NCBI RefSeq assembly: GCF_006345805.1
Contig: NW_021823744.1
Coordinates: 1-22,412, forward strand
Direction: 5' to 3'
Origin: Octopus sinensis
Lineage: Eukaryota
Length of the DNA stretch: 22,412 bases
Shown: piece after piece, positions 19,692 through 22,412 of the stretch
How the letters are laid out: each line of letters starts with the position of its first letter
How positions within the stretch are numbered: position 1 is the stretch's first letter
Made by a program: the position numbers and the translations under genes
Notes under the pieces: model-generated
Seen by the model: the letters and a program-made list of their open reading frames with translations, nothing else
What the model was told of the DNA's origin: nothing
Database searches by the model: none

Positions 19692-20049
19692 TATTTTTTG
19701 TTTATTTGAAAAAAAAATATTTTTACACTCAACTCTAATTTCATGTCATTACAAAATGGAAACAGCTTCAACAACTAACAACTTCCGGTTGGGTGGATTT
19801 TTTTCCCTTCATTTTCTTTTCTTTTTCTCTATCATTTTTCTTTAATTTTTTTGCCGGCGCTGTATCGTTTCGGAGAGTTTGATTTAATTACCATTAAAGA
19901 CAGAAGTGTTCGTTCACCGTTTTTTTTTTTTTTTTTGCTTTTTTTTTTCGTTGCAATGTCATTCATAAAATAAGTGATAATCCACTATAATCTGTAAGTT
20001 AATCCTATCGAAATTCAATGGAAAAAAGAGCCAAGCAACGGTCGCTGGT

Positions 20050-20058
20050 ATTGGTGGT

Positions 20059-20091
<33 letters not shown>

Positions 20092-20510
20092 ATGGTGGTG
20101 GTGGTGGTGGTTTTGGTGGTGGTGGTGGTGGTGGTGGTGGTGGTGGTGGAGGTGGCAATGGTGCAGCTGGCGTGGTGGTAGTAGCGGTGGTTGCGGTAGT
20201 GATGGTTATTGTCATTATTGTGGTGGTGGCGGTGGAGGCGGTGGTGGCGGTGGTGGTGGTGGTGGTGATGGTAGAGGTGGTAGTGATGTTGGTGGCGACG
20301 GTGGTAGTGACGATGATTGTAATGGTTATGGTTGTAGGGGTGGTTGTGGTGGCGATTGTGGTGAAGGAGGCGGCAGTGTTGGTGGGGATGTTGGCGGTGA
20401 GGCTTGTTACGGCTATAATGATGGTGGTGGTGGTGTGGTGGTGGTGGTGGTGATTGCATTGACTGTGGTAATGGTGGTGATGTCGTTGGTGGTGGTGGCT
20501 GGCGTTATGT
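20050..20510. repeat. Degenerate (GGT/GTA/GAT)n trinucleotide low-complexity tract
   Basis: Direct reading; generates poly-Val, poly-Thr and poly-His ORFs. Confidence 0.92.
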
Positions 20511-20574
20511 AATACTGGGGGGACGAACGATATGAAAAAGAGATGGTAAGGTAGACTGACGCGAGTGCGCGCAT

Positions 20575-21010
20575 GCTGTGCGTTTGCTTGTGTGTGTGTG
20601 TATGTGTGTGTGTGTGCATGTGTGTGTGTATGTGTGTGCATGTGAGTGTGTATGTGTGTGTATGTGTGTGTGTATGTGTGTGTGTATGTGTGTGCATGTG
20701 TGTGTATGTGTGTATGTTGTGTGTGTATGTGTGTGTGTGTGTATGTGTGTATGTTGTGTGTGTGTATGTATGTGTGTGTATGTGTGTGTATGTGTGTGTG
20801 TATGTGTGTGTATGTGTGTGTGTATGTGTGTGTATGTGTATGTGTATATGTGTGTGTGTATGTGTGCGTGTGTGTATGTGTGTGTATGTGTGTGTGCATG
20901 TGTGTACGTGTATGTGTATATGTGTGTGTATGCGTGTATGTGTGTGTGTGTATGTGTGTATGTGTATGTGTGTATGTGTGTGTATGTGTGTATATGTGTG
21001 TGTGTGTGTG
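20575..21010. repeat. Long (TG)n/(TATG)n microsatellite
   Basis: Direct reading. Confidence 0.96.
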
Positions 21011-21189
21011 TTTTAGAGTATGCGTAGTTGTAATGTGTGCGATTCTTAATGAATGTAGCAAAGCGCAGCAACATCTGCTTCTTTACAAGAACTGAACGTG
21101 ATTTTCTTTTCATTCCAAATTTACGTAAATGGCAAACATCTGCCAAGTCCTTATTGATTTCGTGTTACACTTAGCATTTTGGACGTATA

Positions 21190-21391
21190 TGTGCACGTGG
21201 TATATATATATATATATACATGTGTGTGGGGTGGGGGGGAGAGATATAGACAGAGAGGCAGAAAATGGAAGACTCAGAGACGCAACAGGAGTACTGCATG
21301 AATTCATAGATGTCTGCTTGTACTTGTACGTATGTGATATCGTAATATTTACATATAAATATATATTTGCTTATACTAATGTAAATGTGTT

Positions 21392-21435
<44 letters not shown>

Positions 21436-21501
21436 GTGTGTGTGTGTGTGTGTGTATACATATATATACGTATGTATATATGTAAATATATATATATTAT
21501 A

Positions 21502-21561
<60 letters not shown>

Positions 21562-21835
21562 TACATATGCATGTATGTATGTATGTATGTATGTATGTAT
21601 GTATGTTAGTACGTCCGTTGCCAACCATCTGATGAAACAGAGAGAAAGAGAGAGAGAGAGAGAGAGACATTGGAACGGAGAGAACATGGCGATAATTCTC
21701 ACGATTAAATATTCCATTCACGTGATTAGGGTAGACGGAAGAAAGCGTCCAGCTCCAACGCCAACACCACCACTACCACCATCACCTCCTCCACCACCAT
21801 TGCCTCCATCAACTTCACCGCCACCACTACCACAA
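21190..21835. repeat. Compound (TA)n, (GT)n, (TACA)n, (GA)n and (CCA/CCT)n microsatellites
   Basis: Direct reading. Confidence 0.88.
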
Positions 21836-22177
21836 CGTGTGCCCATACCTGATGCATTACTGTACCCACCCACCGCGTCATACCCATACAAACAAACAAG
21901 TATTTCTACATCTCAAGTAGCAGACATGTTTGTCTCTCGCTGTTCTTTCGTTTTTATTTGGGGCTTTTTTGTTTGTTTTTTTGCTTTTTGTCTTTAGTTT
22001 TCTTTTTTTTTTTTTTCTTTTCTTTTTTTTCTTGCTGTTTTATTATATATTTGTATTTTACATTAACATGAACTTGTTATCGAACCTGAATTTAGGGGTC
22101 AAACGTCTCAGAAAATCAAGAGTTAGAGATTGGAGCGACAAAGCTTTTCCTTTTCCACTTCAAAATTATTTCTTATT

Positions 22178-22302
22178 TGTTGTTGTTGTTGTTTGTTTGT
22201 TTGTATGTATGTATGTATGTATGTATGTATGTATGTATGTATGTATGTATGTATGTATGTATGTATGTATGTATGTATGTATGTATGTATGTGTGTGTGT
22301 GT

Positions 22303-22343
<41 letters not shown>
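22178..22343. repeat. (GTT)n-(GTAT)n-(GT)n compound microsatellite
   Basis: Direct reading. Confidence 0.96.
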
Positions 22344-22345
<2 letters not shown>

Positions 22346-22412
22346 GCTTAAATAATACTGTCAAAGAAACGAAATGACATACAAAACATGACCATCAACA
22401 GCGAATACTGCT

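Noticed and set aside
19959-21146. Poly-Thr/His/Pro/Val ORFs resembling mucins or His-rich proteins
   Set aside because: Both strands and several frames are open because of (GGT)n and (TG)n; no signal peptide, splice context or non-repetitive domain.
171-22377. Dozens of 60-350 aa ORFs rich in HT, VC, IY, MYVC
   Set aside because: They are translations of dinucleotide and tetranucleotide repeats, which lack stop codons in several frames; no domain content.

Overview
Eukaryotic, AT-rich, repeat-saturated DNA with no credible intact protein-coding exon. The SINE repertoire and the very high microsatellite load match my recollection of Octopus genomic DNA (inference, not database-checked), most likely an intron or intergenic stretch. 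Nearly all ORFs in the supplied track are translations of (CA/TG/TA/TACA/GGT)n tracts. Contents: four tRNA-headed SINE families, labelled here A to D; two non-autonomous Helitrons with complete termini; Tc1/pogo-, mariner- and probable piggyBac-type MITEs; a 377-nt RTE-derived retroposon nested inside a SINE; and several Penelope-like (PLE) remnants, including a decayed GIY-YIG coding fragment. Best leads: (1) head-to-tail 184-nt multimers of SINE B with an identical palindromic junction at two loci; (2) an HDV-like ribozyme remnant at the 5' end of the RTE-derived insert; (3) a hammerhead-like motif and a perfect 46-bp palindrome converging on a (TA)n tract; (4) two closely spaced inverted SINE pairs that could form dsRNA, one sharing private mutations.
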